Below are positions 38,717 through 50,988 of a stretch of DNA of 64,000 bases, piece after piece. The notes beneath the pieces are model-generated. The model saw only the letters and a list, made by a program, of their open reading frames with translations. It did no database searches and was not told where the DNA came from. The number at the start of each line of letters is the position of its first letter. Within the stretch, counting starts at the first letter, position 1. Position numbers and translations under genes: made by a program. The stretch is from Pseudogymnoascus verrucosus (taxonomy: Eukaryota), in the NCBI GenBank assembly GCA_001662655.1, contig KV460218.1; one strand, written 5' to 3'.

Positions 38717-41692
38717 ATGTCAACCACTGAATCCAGTCGCTCCAGCGGCCGGAGTTCAAAAGAGCTGCGCTACTCGAGGGAAAATTTGCTCTTCTTGCGA
38801 GACCAATTGCCTGTAATCATTTGCGACGTGACAAAGATGAATAATACCAATGCTGGTACGTGTTCACGCCCATTCCATACCTACTCGCCATCCACAACCT
38901 ACTAACACTTCCTCCCCCTAGATTTGCTACGATTGCCATCACAAATAATGTCTGATACTGGCCTCAAGTCGTGCCCTACAAGGGTTTTGCGACGTGTTCC
39001 AAACTTCAAAAATAGAGACGATGTTGGTGGCTCTGAAAATAGTCGTCTTCATAGACACAAGATCTCCTTGGAGTCCGACGAAGAAGAGATTGTGTACCGT
39101 GGACATCCAATCCGCCACTCCCTCAAAGAAACACAATGGCAGTTCAAGCGTCGCGATGACTCTGATAGATCGAGCCAGCCTCTGTCCGCACCATCCGGAT
39201 ACCATGCGCAGAAGGCCGAAAACTTCCAGAAATTCTACCGTGCCGTTGTTTCGCCAACACACGTTCGAGTGACAGCTGGCGGCCGAATTGTTCCAAACAT
39301 TCGCGCCCCTCCGCAGCCTGTATTCGTCTGGAACCGCGACAAGTTCTTTTTCGAGGCGAAGCAAGACAAGAAGGCTGCAGGAGCCGTAGATGCAAACTGG
39401 CAAGAAGGTGCAGCTTTGAGACCCTCCGACCCAAACCAGTTGCCTATCAATAGCCCAACCACAAATCCGAACATTGCTACTGCTCCACCCTCCCACTCTT
39501 TAGAGAAACCATTGAACTCCGGCACTTTGCAGCCGTCGACAATTACTGAGCCACAGGCTCCAGATCCTGCCCCAACTCTTCCAAATATCTCGGACCAAAA
39601 CAGCTCGGCTGGCCCTTACCCGATCAAGCTGTCTCCGCCAGGCCAATTCGATATGACAAAGCCTTTCATGGTGAATGGGCAGATGGTTTACCCCCTCCCA
39701 TCGGACTTTCAAATCCCCCACGGCGTTCCCGTGATACCATTCAATATGCTTGGAAATACGATGCCTCTGCAGAATCTACAGCCTTCCCAATACCCTCAAA
39801 TGCCGCTTCATCACGGCTTATTCAACCCCATAGAGCCTTCTTTGGGCCAGGCGCAACCAATCCCCTATAACAACCCACTCACGACTGGTTTTGGAGGCAT
39901 GCCTGTTCCTCATTCAAAGATGGGAGACCGAAGTAGTAACAACAACAGACCAGTGACCATGCCGCCTCTACCTGGTCTTGACCACCCTCCATACAATCAG
40001 CCGGGGTACGTGAAACAAAAGATAAAATCGCTACAAGATGAGATCAAGAAGTTCGATCATCAGTTGGATCACAATAAGCACCAAATCGACGAAATACATG
40101 TCAAGAAGCAGCGTTTCTATGTTGAGAGTCAGATCCAAACTCTTGAAGCAAGCTTGGCCCTGCTTCCTTCAGAGGATTTCAATCACTTGTTTCCAGGAGC
40201 TCACCCTCGGCCTCTGGCACCACTCATCCCAAGTTGGGTCGCTACTCCAGTTTATCACTCGAGAAGTTTCGATGGAGTATATGACCAAGGACCGGTTCAC
40301 CAACCCGCGGCATCGAGGGCGATAAATCGATCCGAGCCATTCCATAATCCCACTCCAGTGCCTGCTTCCAAAGCTTCGGTCGCGAAATCTTCTCAGACGA
40401 GCCGAACGCGCCTGAGCCTCTCTGCGGCAAAGGCAGCCCCTTTTAAGCCTAGGTCTCAACAGGGTTCACAGCCTCCCGTTGTGCAGCCACGTACCGCACC
40501 GAGCGATGTGGGCGAAGCCAATAGCATCATACTGGACGAGACCACTAGTACCCCAGCAGAACATGGGCAAGATATAGAAAGCCGCCTGAAAGGCACAGGT
40601 AATGCATGGGCTGGGCCAAAGGGTGGAGGCAACCATCCTATGTCGTCAAACACTACATTGGTTGAAAAGACACCTACTCCGGAAGTTCTCGAAACCCAGA
40701 GCTACGAAGGACGTCATTTGATGCCAGCAGGACAACCTCGGGGCAATGGGTCTACTTCAGCCTCTGCGGATACTCGTACTTTGGTCTCGGCTTCTCATCA
40801 TACCCCGGGCATGCCTTATTTGATGGGATTTCCTCCGCCAGGAGTACCGTGGAAAGAGGCTCGATCTCACGAACTCATGTATACGAGACCTCTCACCCCG
40901 GAAGAAGTTCGTGCTCGACACTTGTACTGGGGAAATGCCAGCAAGGAATCCCAGAAGGGCCTACCAAAATTTGATGGGCAAGACTTTTATCCGCCATCCC
41001 CGCAGAAGGGATATGCTCTTCCAGTCGGCCAGGGTCGCTACAGTGAGGCATCAACGATTATTCGGAAGTCAAAGGATAGTAGTGCCACGTCCAAGGAACA
41101 GGGATTAGGTGAGGAGTCACAAGCTCTAGTTCTTCGAACAGAGGCAGTCGTGGGTGGGAGAACTTCGCCAGACAAGAATGTTGCCCTACACGACGACAAT
41201 GATGATGTGGTATCTGTTGACTCGTGGGGTGCTTCTAAGAGCGTGTGCTCCCCCCCACAGCATGCCTCGAAAGCTGCGGCGAAATTCAACAAGCAGTATA
41301 GCGCAACTACGTCGGCGTTTCTACTTGGGATGCTGAAGAACAGCCCAGCCGTTTCTTCACCACTTTCTGGGTTGTCATCAACTCATGCTGTAGGATGTCT
41401 TCCGAACTATGGCGGGACCGCAATTCCCTCGCTGGCTCCAGGACCAAGGCCAAGCTCATCGTTCACATTTGACGCCCCCAACACCAAGATTGTTCGGTCT
41501 GCTTCTGGCCTGTCGGTTCGACATGAAAATCGGCCGCCATCAAGGGCCGGGTCCGCTTCAGCGGGCGGGTATACTGCCGCCGAATTTCTAGCCAAAGTTA
41601 ACCGTCAAAATGAGGAACGCCAGGGCAACGCCGAGCCAGATTGGAAAACCGCGGCTAATGGAGTTGGGTCTGTTGCCAATTCGAGCTGGTAA
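38717..41692 (+). CDS. Large low-complexity hypothetical protein, 2 exons
   Basis: Exon 1 38717-38855, intron GTACGT..CTAAC..TAG to 38921, then a 922-aa frame with motif-like blocks FQKFYRAVVSPTHVRVTAGGRIVPN and ARHLYWG..GLPKFDGQDFYPPSP. Confidence 0.85.
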
Positions 41693-42847
41693 TTCTAATG
41701 TAACTATGGAGCTGCCTTATCAGAATTTCGGGATTTCTGTGTCGTCAGTTGCCTTTCGAGCTGTTGGGGAGGAAGTTATATGTTTCCATACATACATATC
41801 CAAGGTTATTGTCTTCCGGATTTTCTTCGAGGGGTGTTTGTATCGATCATTGCGGTTCACAACTCATACGACATTCCACCAGCATGAATACGCCTTCGCA
41901 ACAATTATACTTGGGGCATTGTGACGTGGCTTTGAATAGCATTCCTACGGTGGATGTTTCTCTTTTATCGAGGGCGTTCTGTTCAGGATTTTACTGGCAT
42001 AACATACATTACTTGTGGTATGGACGAGTTTCTGGCGGTTGGGTTTTCGGTATTTTCTTTTCACGCTTAATATTTGCTTTTACTTTGTGGTGTACTGGAG
42101 TCATTGGGGAGTAAGAATATATATATATGGTGTGGTTGTGAATGGGTGAGGGGGTTGTATTCTGAACAGTGGTATAGTGGAGGAAAGAAGTTACTGTGCG
42201 CTTTTCGGCATGATAATAGGGGGGTGTATGGGGGGATTATAATTGTCGGATTGAAGAGGGAAGCATTCATTGTGTAAGAGTAGCAGAGAAATAAAAATAT
42301 TTTTCCAATATGTGGCTTATGGGGGTGGTGAGTTTGGGTTGTTGATGTTTGATCTTGAGTGATTGATGTCTGAGCGTGGATTGACCGATGTTTGATAGCA
42401 GCAGTTATGCGTATGATGGTGCACCTGAAAAATGTAGTATTTGCGAGGACTCATGACCTTGCGTTCTATGCCTGCTATATGTACTGTATATACCAAATAG
42501 GCCACCCAATATGATTCAGTCATTATCCTTTCCAATCCCATGTTCAGCCACTCTCTCCTCGCCATTCCCGTCTCCAGTGCGAAGTTGAAGAGCCACATGG
42601 ATAGATAAGACCTATGCAAGCAAATATTCTACCCAAAAATTCAAAATTGCGCCAATTATCTGACGTAGACCGAGCAGCTACTTTAGATACCCCTCCCAAA
42701 TCTCGGTATGTGTTTGTGTTTGCGTGTGTGTAGTTTATAGTCCTGCAGACTGACTGTCTCTCTCTCTTTGTATCCCCTCCTCCGCTCTAGTAAGCATATA
42801 TATGTAACCTCTCTCTCTCTCTATAACCCCCCTCTTCCATCCAGGAC

Positions 42848-44681
42848 CTACGCCCTCTCCCCCCTCAACTCCTCCTCAACCTGCTTCACCACAATCTCCC
42901 TCACGCCCTCCCACCCCGCACCAGCAGGCACATCCGTAACCCTCCTCTCCTTCTCCTGGAGACCAACAAACTCCTCCGGCAGCACGCTCGAGAAATCGAA
43001 ATCTTTGTCCTTAAGCGCAACCTCCACCGCGCCCGCAAACTTTGCCGGATGCGCAGTCGCAAGCGAGATATGCGGCACCCCCTCCGCGCGAGCCATACTA
43101 CGCAGCGACGCGGCAATACCAACCGCAGAATGCGGATCGAGGACGTACTTCGCACTGTCGAAGAAATCGGCAATAGTAACCGTAGTCTGGGCGTCCGTCA
43201 CGCGCTCGCTGTCGAAATCGCGCTGCGCGAACTTGAGGATCTCGGTGTTGACGGAGAAGCCGCCCGCGGACTTGAGCTGCGCGTGCCATGCTGCGACTTC
43301 CTGTCCGGCTTGCTGCTTGGTCCACTCGTCGTCCATGCCGGCGCCGGAGGCGTACTCGTACGCGAGGAACCAGAGGAGACGCTCGAAGTTGGAGGAGACG
43401 AGGATGTCCATTGCTGGGCTGAGAGTCTCGCGGACACCATCGGTGTGGGCCTTTGCGCCGTCGACTGCGAGGCCTTCGGTCGCGGAGGGGGAGTGGGAGG
43501 GGTTCTTCTCGTAGGTGCCGGTGCGCCAGAAGCGGTCGAGGATGTCGTTCTCGTTGGTTGCGCAGACGAGCTTGTCGACGGGGAGACCCATGCGCTTGGC
43601 GAAGTAGCCGGCGAGGATGTCGCCGAAGTTGCCGGTGGGGACGACGAAGCGCGGCTTTGCGGAGGCGGGGAGGCGCTTTTGAAGAGAGAAGTAGGAGGCG
43701 AAGTAGTAGGTTGTTTGGGCGAGGATGCGGGCCCAGTTGATGGAGTTGACGGCGCCGAGCTTTTGGCTGGCGTTGGTGATGGGGTCGGCGAAGAGGGCTT
43801 TGACAGTGTCCTGGGGGTGGTGTTAGTGGGGCTAGGGAGGGGTAATGGGTGGGTGGGTGAGACATACTTGACAATCGTCAAAGGTGCCTTCGACGGCAAG
43901 GTTGTGGACGTTGGCGTCGAGGACGGTGGTCATCTGGGCCTCCTGGACTGGGCTGACGCGACCCTTGGGGTGCAGGATGAAGACGGAGACATCCTTCTTG
44001 CCGCGCAGACCGTAGATGGCGGCGGATCCGGTGTCGCCACTTGTCGCACCAACGACAGTGAGATGATGCCTGTCCTTTCCGGTCTTGCCCTCATTGCGCC
44101 TCACAAGGAAGTACTCAAACAGGTTTCCCAGTAATTGCAGCGCAACATCCTTAAACGCCCAGGTTGGGCCGTGGAATAATTCCAGCAGGTACAGGTTCTT
44201 CTCCTGGTCCAGCGGGACGAGCGGGGTGGTCTCTGGGGCGCGGAAGGTGGAGTAACTGCGATCGATGATCTCCTTCAGGTCGGCGGAGGGGATCTCAGAC
44301 GGCGAGATGTAGAGCGAGAGGATGGCGTGGGCGAGGTCGGCGAAGGAGAGGTCGCTCCAGGCGGACTCCCAGTCGGCGGGTAAAGAGGGAATCTCCTCTG
44401 GAATGAAGAGACCACCGTCGGATGCGAGGCCCTTGAGGACGACATCTTCAAAGGAGAGCTGTTCAAGAGAGAGTTTATCAGCCACTTGTTCAATCAATCA
44501 ATTTTTATCGAGACGTTAATTGGTGGCGTACGCTGTATTCCCCGCCGCGTGTGCTTAGGTAGCGCTGCGAGGGGGTGTGGCTGGCGATATTTGCTTTTTC
44601 TTGTGACGCCGCGTTCGCATTGGCGGCGGTGGCCAGCTTGGAGGGGACATCGCCCGTGAAATGGACAGCGCTGGGAGCCAT
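42848..44681 (-). CDS. THR4: Threonine synthase, 3 exons
   Basis: RYLSTRG, GLASDGGLFIP, ELFHGPTWAFKDVALQ (PLP Lys), GATSGDTGSAAI, VNSINWARI, LSPAMDILVSSNFER, ATAHPAKF. Confidence 0.96.
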
Positions 44682-45093
44682 GATTTGGTTGAAGAATGGG
44701 GGAGAGGGAGATCTCAAGATAAGATGAGGATCTGGAGATGTTTGAAATATGGGGAAGGGGACCAGACGGGAGCGATGCGGTATTTAATAGTCTATATGAG
44801 TCAAAAATGGAAATAAATACATGGAATTTAAAAATCATTAATTGGTCAATTGGCAACTAAATTGAATTTCCGTTCACCGTATGGTTCCGGTGTACCCCGC
44901 CACGGGGGGCGGGCGAGATAGCAGATAAGCCAAGTTTTTTGGGTGTGTTTTGGTGTGTTTCCGCCTATTTTCTGCCGTTTTCTTGCCAAGAACGGCCTAG
45001 TGTGAGCAGAGTTGATCAATGTTGAGCACGGCTGGCCCGATTTCGGTGGCAATGAATGAGGTGACAAGACGCTAAGCTGGATTGAGGATGGCG

Positions 45094-46066
45094 TGCTGGA
45101 CTGGCTGGCTGTGAGAAGGAGGGAAAGAAGGAGCAGTATTTGCAGTGCCTCAGGCAGTAGGGGACCTGTAGGGGTTATGTCACACTGTGGACAGCTGTGG
45201 ATCACTGTAAGCCACTGTAGACTCACTCTACCCCACTGTAACTCTCCATCTCACTCTCATCTCTACCTCATCCTCATCTCTTGTGCATCTCCACCTCATC
45301 TCCAGCTTCATATTATCCAAATGTAGGTCTTGCTCAGCCCATGTGCTCATGCTGTGCTCACTCACTGCTCATTCTCTGCTCATGCTGCGCCCATGCTGTG
45401 TAATACTATACTATACTGTATGTATGCACAGTATGTATGTCCAGTACGCCACTGTCTCATCCTGACTGTCAATTTGTCAATCTTCACTTTTTTCCTTTCC
45501 TCTTGTTCATCATCGCACATGTTGGTTGCACACTCCTGCACAGCCTCATCTCCTCCCCTCACTACCTCCTCACAGCCTCGCCTCCCCCCCTCACCACCTT
45601 CTCGCCTCCTCATCCCCCTCTCATCTCCCTCTCATCTCCCCAGCCTTGCTGCACTCACATCCAGAGACCAACCAGGCGGCCATGTGCCCACTCGGCCAAC
45701 GATGAGAACACGCTGCTGTATGCTCTGTCTCTCTCTTTCTCTCAGTCCTGGTAAGTTCCTCATTTCACTCCTGATTCACTTGCTCATACTCCCTCCAGTA
45801 CACTCTACTCGGCGCTTATCATACCGCGGGCAGACGCCACTCGGGCATACCACCCCCCAACAAACTCCATGAAAGACAAGGCTCCGTCTTGTGTGCATGC
45901 TCATGATGCACTTCTTGCGCCCATTCCCTCACCGAGTTTTTCACCCCCCCTCCAGCCAATCGCTGCGCCTGCTGCATCACATCCCGAGCACTCGCAGATG
46001 CAAGCATGCAAGCGCCCCCAACCAATAACGCCCTGCGAGGAGCCGCGCTCGACAGCTGAACTGTAG
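45094..46066. mobile_element. CpG-depleted, decayed repeat or transposon relic (class unknown)
   Basis: No CG dinucleotide from about 45094 to 45385 and about one per 60 nt to 45660, with many TG/CA. Contains a remnant intron (45751-45798) and a stop-interrupted Cys-rich frame. Confidence 0.5.
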
Positions 46067-46187
46067 CCTAGCTCAGCCTTGCGATCCCCTCTCAGCCACA
46101 GTTACACACATGTTCAGAAAGTGTTAAAAGACGAGCGTATGCCGCTCATGAGACGGACATCTTGTTAATGCTCTACACGCACGCATA

Positions 46188-48286
46188 ATGAGTTACGGTC
46201 GCAACTCCGCGCCAGATTTGATTCGCAACCCGGGCTTCCTTTACGTAGCCGGCGTGAAGCAGAAAAAGAGGAGGAGCGCCACTATCACATACCAATGTGA
46301 CTTTGGTGGAGACTGTCAGACGGCGGTCGCCAAGTCCACATATTTCTGTAATACTCGTACGTCGTCTTTGTAAATTAAATCTTCAGATATGCATGTGCAT
46401 TTCTGTTCTCCAATGCCAAGCTGACAATGACTGTGCTCCAAGATACCTGTACCGCCTTACAAGACCAAGCTCGGTGCTTCAACAAAGTGATACAAAGCGG
46501 GGCGACAAGATGTGTAGTCCGTGAGTGCGACGACTCCTCAGACGCCATGTTCGATTGATCGAAGAAGCCATCCCAAGCTATTCTTTGCAATCCATGGCTC
46601 TTAACTGCCCCAACGTCATAAATACTTACCCAGCATAGACTACCAATGCATAGTCAGTGGTTGCTTGGGGAAACGAGTAGTATCCCCTAATGACAGATGG
46701 TGGGACTGCTGCGAGCATCGTGAGTGAACACAATTTGAGAGCCGATAACGAGAACATGATAATAATCAATTCCCAGATAAATGCGACGCCGACGAATGCT
46801 ATTCTCTCAAAAAATTCAACGTCCAAACGGGGAGGCACTTCCTGTACTGCCCAAAGCGTAAGCTCCAACCAACGCCATCTACAACCAGTAGTCTCACATT
46901 ATTCTACAGACAAATGCGTGAGAGAAACATGCGAACGAAGTCACCCGACGACGCAACCCCACTGCATCACACGTATGTGCGAGCCTCTGCTTCAGCACAA
47001 TGATACTAACGACAACCAGACACTTGCTCCAAAGAAGTCTGCATTGGTATGGTAGAGGGCGACGAGAAACTATGTGCTCGCCGTGAGTGAACCCACCAAT
47101 TGAAAAGACAAAACCAAGTCTCACACATAAACAGATATAAGATGCTCTTACAGGAACTGCCCAAGCAACCGTATGCAAAAAGATGGAGAATACCAGAAAT
47201 TCTGCTCACGTCGTATGCCTCTCATCTTCTGACCCCCCTGAACCGCCACATAATCCTAACCAACCTTACAGACTCGTCATGCACAAGCTCTCCATGCACA
47301 AGAGAGAAGAAACTTGGCTCAGAGTTCTGTGACTTGCGTAAGCTCTCCCCTTCCCAGTCACGATATCGACTCTGACATTCCTAGACACCTGCCCCATGAG
47401 ATACTGTACCAAACGCTGCAGTGGCAACCACTTCTACTGCAGTGACCGTAAGCCTCCTCGCTCCCGTCAGCTACCCAAACCCCAGCTGACAATCCTAGAT
47501 ATCTGCGACCACGACGGATGTGGTTTTCCGCGAACATTCTACTTGGAAAGAGACAACGTCGTGCCCACCAATTACTGTCCCATCCGTACGTGTCACAAAA
47601 CCCTTCATGCCCCAATGGGAACTACAGCTAATACACTCCAGATGAGTGTCAAGAACCTAGTTGTCACCTCAACGCCCCCAGCCAAACATGTGGCTACTGC
47701 AGAGCACGTATGTAGCCCTCTGAACCCGTCAAATTCTCTATTAACAAGCCCCAGATAACTGCGACGAACCAAACTGTAATGGCCTCAAACTGATCAATCC
47801 CGGCGGCAAAGCACCCCTCACCAAGTGCCTAACGCGTAAGCCACCTCCCGCACCCTTCTTCCTTTCCCCTTCACCCAATCTAACAACCCACCAGACTACA
47901 ACGAATTCCGCGACCGTTCTCGACGTCCCCGCTCGCCCCCCACCGCTCCGCCCCCAGCTCCCCCAGCTCCCCCAGCTCCCCCTCCAACCCCCCCATCCCC
48001 CGCCATAACCCTCACAACCCTCTCCTCCCAAGTCTCCAGGCTCCAACGCACAGCCAACAGCATACAAGAAATCGCCCTCAACAGCCGCAGCGCCAGAGCC
48101 GGGGCCGCAGGCGACGCACGGGCAGCGTCCGCGGAGGAGGCGGCGGTGGCGGCAGCGGCGGAGGCGGAGAGGAGGTTGGAGGAAGTGTCCAGGGAGCAGA
48201 GGTTGGTGGCGGATGGTATTAGTCAGCAGGATGCGAAGATTAATGCTATTTTGAATATTTTGAGGGAGAGGAGGCGGTATGGGTGA
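46188..48286 (+). CDS. 13-exon protein (~455 aa) with 12 tandem CCCH-type (C-x4(-8)-C-xn-C-x2-H) zinc-finger-like modules, a Pro-rich linker and a coiled-coil C-terminus
   Basis: Exons 46188-46356, 46443-46520, 46639-46719, 46777-46857, 46910-46972, 47020-47082, 47135-47212, 47272-47337, 47385-47447, 47499-47585, 47642-47707, 47755-47835, 47895-48286. All introns are GT..AG. The joined CDS is 1368 nt with no internal stop. Confidence 0.9.
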
Positions 48287-48691
48287 CAGTTTTAAAAAGG
48301 GGGGGGGGGGGTGCCAGGGGAGACTATGGGAGTAATGTAAGACTGATGTACGAAGGGATTAGGGAATGGGGGAGATATGTTGGAGGAGAGATACCTGGGG
48401 GAGATGTCGAGGGGCTTGTTACCTTGGAAGCTGATGGGGGTGTATTCTTTGTGATGATTATGATGGATAATGTAGCTTAGTGTAATTTGGAGTTAGTAGA
48501 TATGCAACTGTTAGGCACGGGTCCAGTCCAATATTCAGTTCAGCAATCACATGTTCGCTCCAGTTTAGAATTAAGTGTGGAAATCGTATTCATTGCTATC
48601 AGTGATGCTACAGCCATATCCGACCATAGTCCATCGCAAACCACGCATTCCGACTCCCAACCCCGACCCGAAAGCCCATCCCAAACAACAT

Positions 48692-49434
48692 TTACTTGAG
48701 GGGAATGAAACGGGAAGAGTGGGTGGCACCAATACCGGGGCGACCGTGCTTGACTGGGTGGCTGTTTTAACTGGTTAGTCACTGTTCCCAACCGCATCTC
48801 CCAAAAATGGTTGAAGGTAAAACTTACTAAGAGATAGAGAACTCGGCGAGGTAGTGACCGACCATTTCCGGCTTGATCTCGACCTGGTTGAACTCCTTTC
48901 CGGAGTAGATACCGATGACCGAGCCGATCATCTCTGGGACGACAATCATGTTACGCAGGTGCGTCTTGACGAGGTCTGGCTTCTCGTTGGGCTTGGCCTC
49001 CTGCTTAGCCTTACGGAGCTTCTTGATCAGACCCATGGGCTTGCGCTTGAGTCCGCGGTTGAAGCGGCGACGAGCGCGCGCATGGACGATGTCGCGCAGC
49101 TGGTCCGAAGAGAGGTCGAGCAGTCTGTGAACGAGGGTTAGCTAGGGGCTCCCCTTTGTGTTCTGGACGTGCCGTGTGACATGTGTGTATGTGTATGGGT
49201 ATAATGGGGACATGAAGAATTCGGGTTTCATGGGTGTGGGAGGTCGTACTGCTCGAGGTCTACGCCACGGTAGGAGAACTTGCGGAACGCTCTCTTCTTC
49301 TTGATCTCGGCAGCCTCAGCTGCGTTCTGTGCGCGAAAGACATGGTCAGTTTGGGGTTCCCATTTGGAATAATCGCGCTCAATTGAGAGGCATTGGGGAG
49401 GTAGGCGGGCACTCACGTATTCGTCGTCAGCCAT
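48692..49434 (-). CDS. RPS15: 40S ribosomal protein S15 (uS19), 4 exons
   Basis: [31 protein letters not shown]|..[49 protein letters not shown]. Confidence 0.97.
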
Positions 49435-50012
49435 GATTGCGGTATATCGTCGAGAGTTGTCGGCGATTGTGGTTGATGAGGAGGTCGTCGAGATGGGGCT
49501 CACATCTTTTCGATATTCCGTGAGGCGGGCGGGCGCTAAGCGGGCACGGGCGGAGTTTGGTTAGGGCAAGACCCCAGCGGAGCGGAAAGGCTTGGCGATA
49601 ATTTTGGTTGAGCCTCAGTCTGGACCATATGGGCGTCATACAGAATGGTTCGGCGGGGAATCTCTTTGATATTGATAATTTAGATTTATAGATAGTTATA
49701 GATGGGTTTCCGGTAAGATTGATTATCCAATTTGGTGGGTTAATAATGCATTTGCCGCTCTTCACAATCATGTCAAATGTCACACATATGTATCAGCAAC
49801 AAACGCAGTATTTAGCAACGGCTCTGTATGGAGGAAACACGTCTCATTGTATTGATGGATATCGTGTAAACAGAAGTTATCGAGTGACATGAAGATCAAT
49901 CTCCAAGCCCTTGTTCCAAGTATATTCCCAGCTCAAGAGGAGATCGCACAGCTTGCCCCATAACCCCAGCGCTACACTCTTCCCATTACGGCAAGGCAGT
50001 GATATTGTGCGC

Positions 50013-50399
50013 TTAATCGAAGAGACCGAAGCCCATATCGTCATCGGACTCCTCCTTCTCCTCCTCCTTCTCCTCAACGGGGGCGGCCTCAGCAGCACCG
50101 CCAGCGGCGGCGCCACCAGCGGCGGCAGCACCACCACCGCCACCAGATGGGACGGAGGCGAGCTTGGCAGCACCCTCAGAGATCAGCTGAAAAATAAGTT
50201 AGCAAATATATGTGGCAAGTAGGTCTCAGTGATAGCGTACGGTGTTGATGTCCTTGCCCTTGAGCTCGGCGATGAGGGCGTCGAGACGGTCAGAGTCGGC
50301 CTCAATTCCAACGGAAGAGAGGACGGCGGAGACGTCAGCGGCGGAAGGGGACTCGTTGCCACCGAGGGCGAGGAGGAGGTATGCTGCGAGGTGCTTCAT
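50013..50399 (-). CDS. RPP2: 60S acidic ribosomal protein P2
   Basis: [53 protein letters not shown]; also a 5'UTR intron (donor near 50518). Confidence 0.96.
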
Positions 50400-50988
50400 T
50401 TTGTATGATGTCTGGAAGATGAAGTCGTCAGCGAAACGTTCAAGCGGCAGTTGTGTGCGATTCCACACCAGGAGAGTATTCTCTGGTGTTCAGGTCGTTT
50501 GGATATGAGTAAACTTACACTTGATTTCGAAAACAAGAGATTCAATCAATTTAACCGCAGGTTGGGCGGAGACTGAAACGTCGAGTTGGTTGATCTTTAA
50601 AAAATATCAGAAAGTTCGCGATCGCATTAGCATCTGTGTGAGTTGGCTCTAGCGCCGAGGCGGACCTTAGCGAGAATCGCGATTATTAGGGCTGCTATTC
50701 CCGATTAGGCAATAACCGACGTTCGCTGGGCGGGCTGTGGATGTCTTACAGAGAGGCGTGCTACTGGTCATACTCGAGGATTAAGTGAACACATCGCCAT
50801 CAACCCTTATATGCCCCTCAAGGACATATATATGAAGTGCGATCTCGAGAGAAAGGCTTCTTCGATCTACTGCTCTATGCGTTGAGGTTGCTCGCCTCAA
50901 AACGTGCCTGATGCACCTGCAAAGAACAAAGCCAGTGACCGATTAGGTTTGACAAGCACTCTCAACTTCCCCGAAGTCGACAGTCAAG

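Noticed and set aside
43049..44134. 361-aa plus-strand ORF and other long frames over THR4
   Set aside because: Antisense or alternate-frame shadows of a gene with high GC at third codon positions; no recognisable motifs.
44850..46170. Terminal inverted repeats or target-site duplication bounding the eroded island
   Set aside because: No matching ends found by eye, so the element class is left unassigned.
46521..47600. Introns 2, 5 and 10 of the finger gene begin in frame as R-E-C, R-M-C and R-T-C, mimicking H-x-C module starts
   Set aside because: The T comes from the donor consensus, so 3 of 12 is too weak to claim the introns derive from decayed modules.
46297..47758. Short Cys-rich ORFs in the track read as separate small genes
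   Set aside because: They are read-through pieces of the 13-exon gene.
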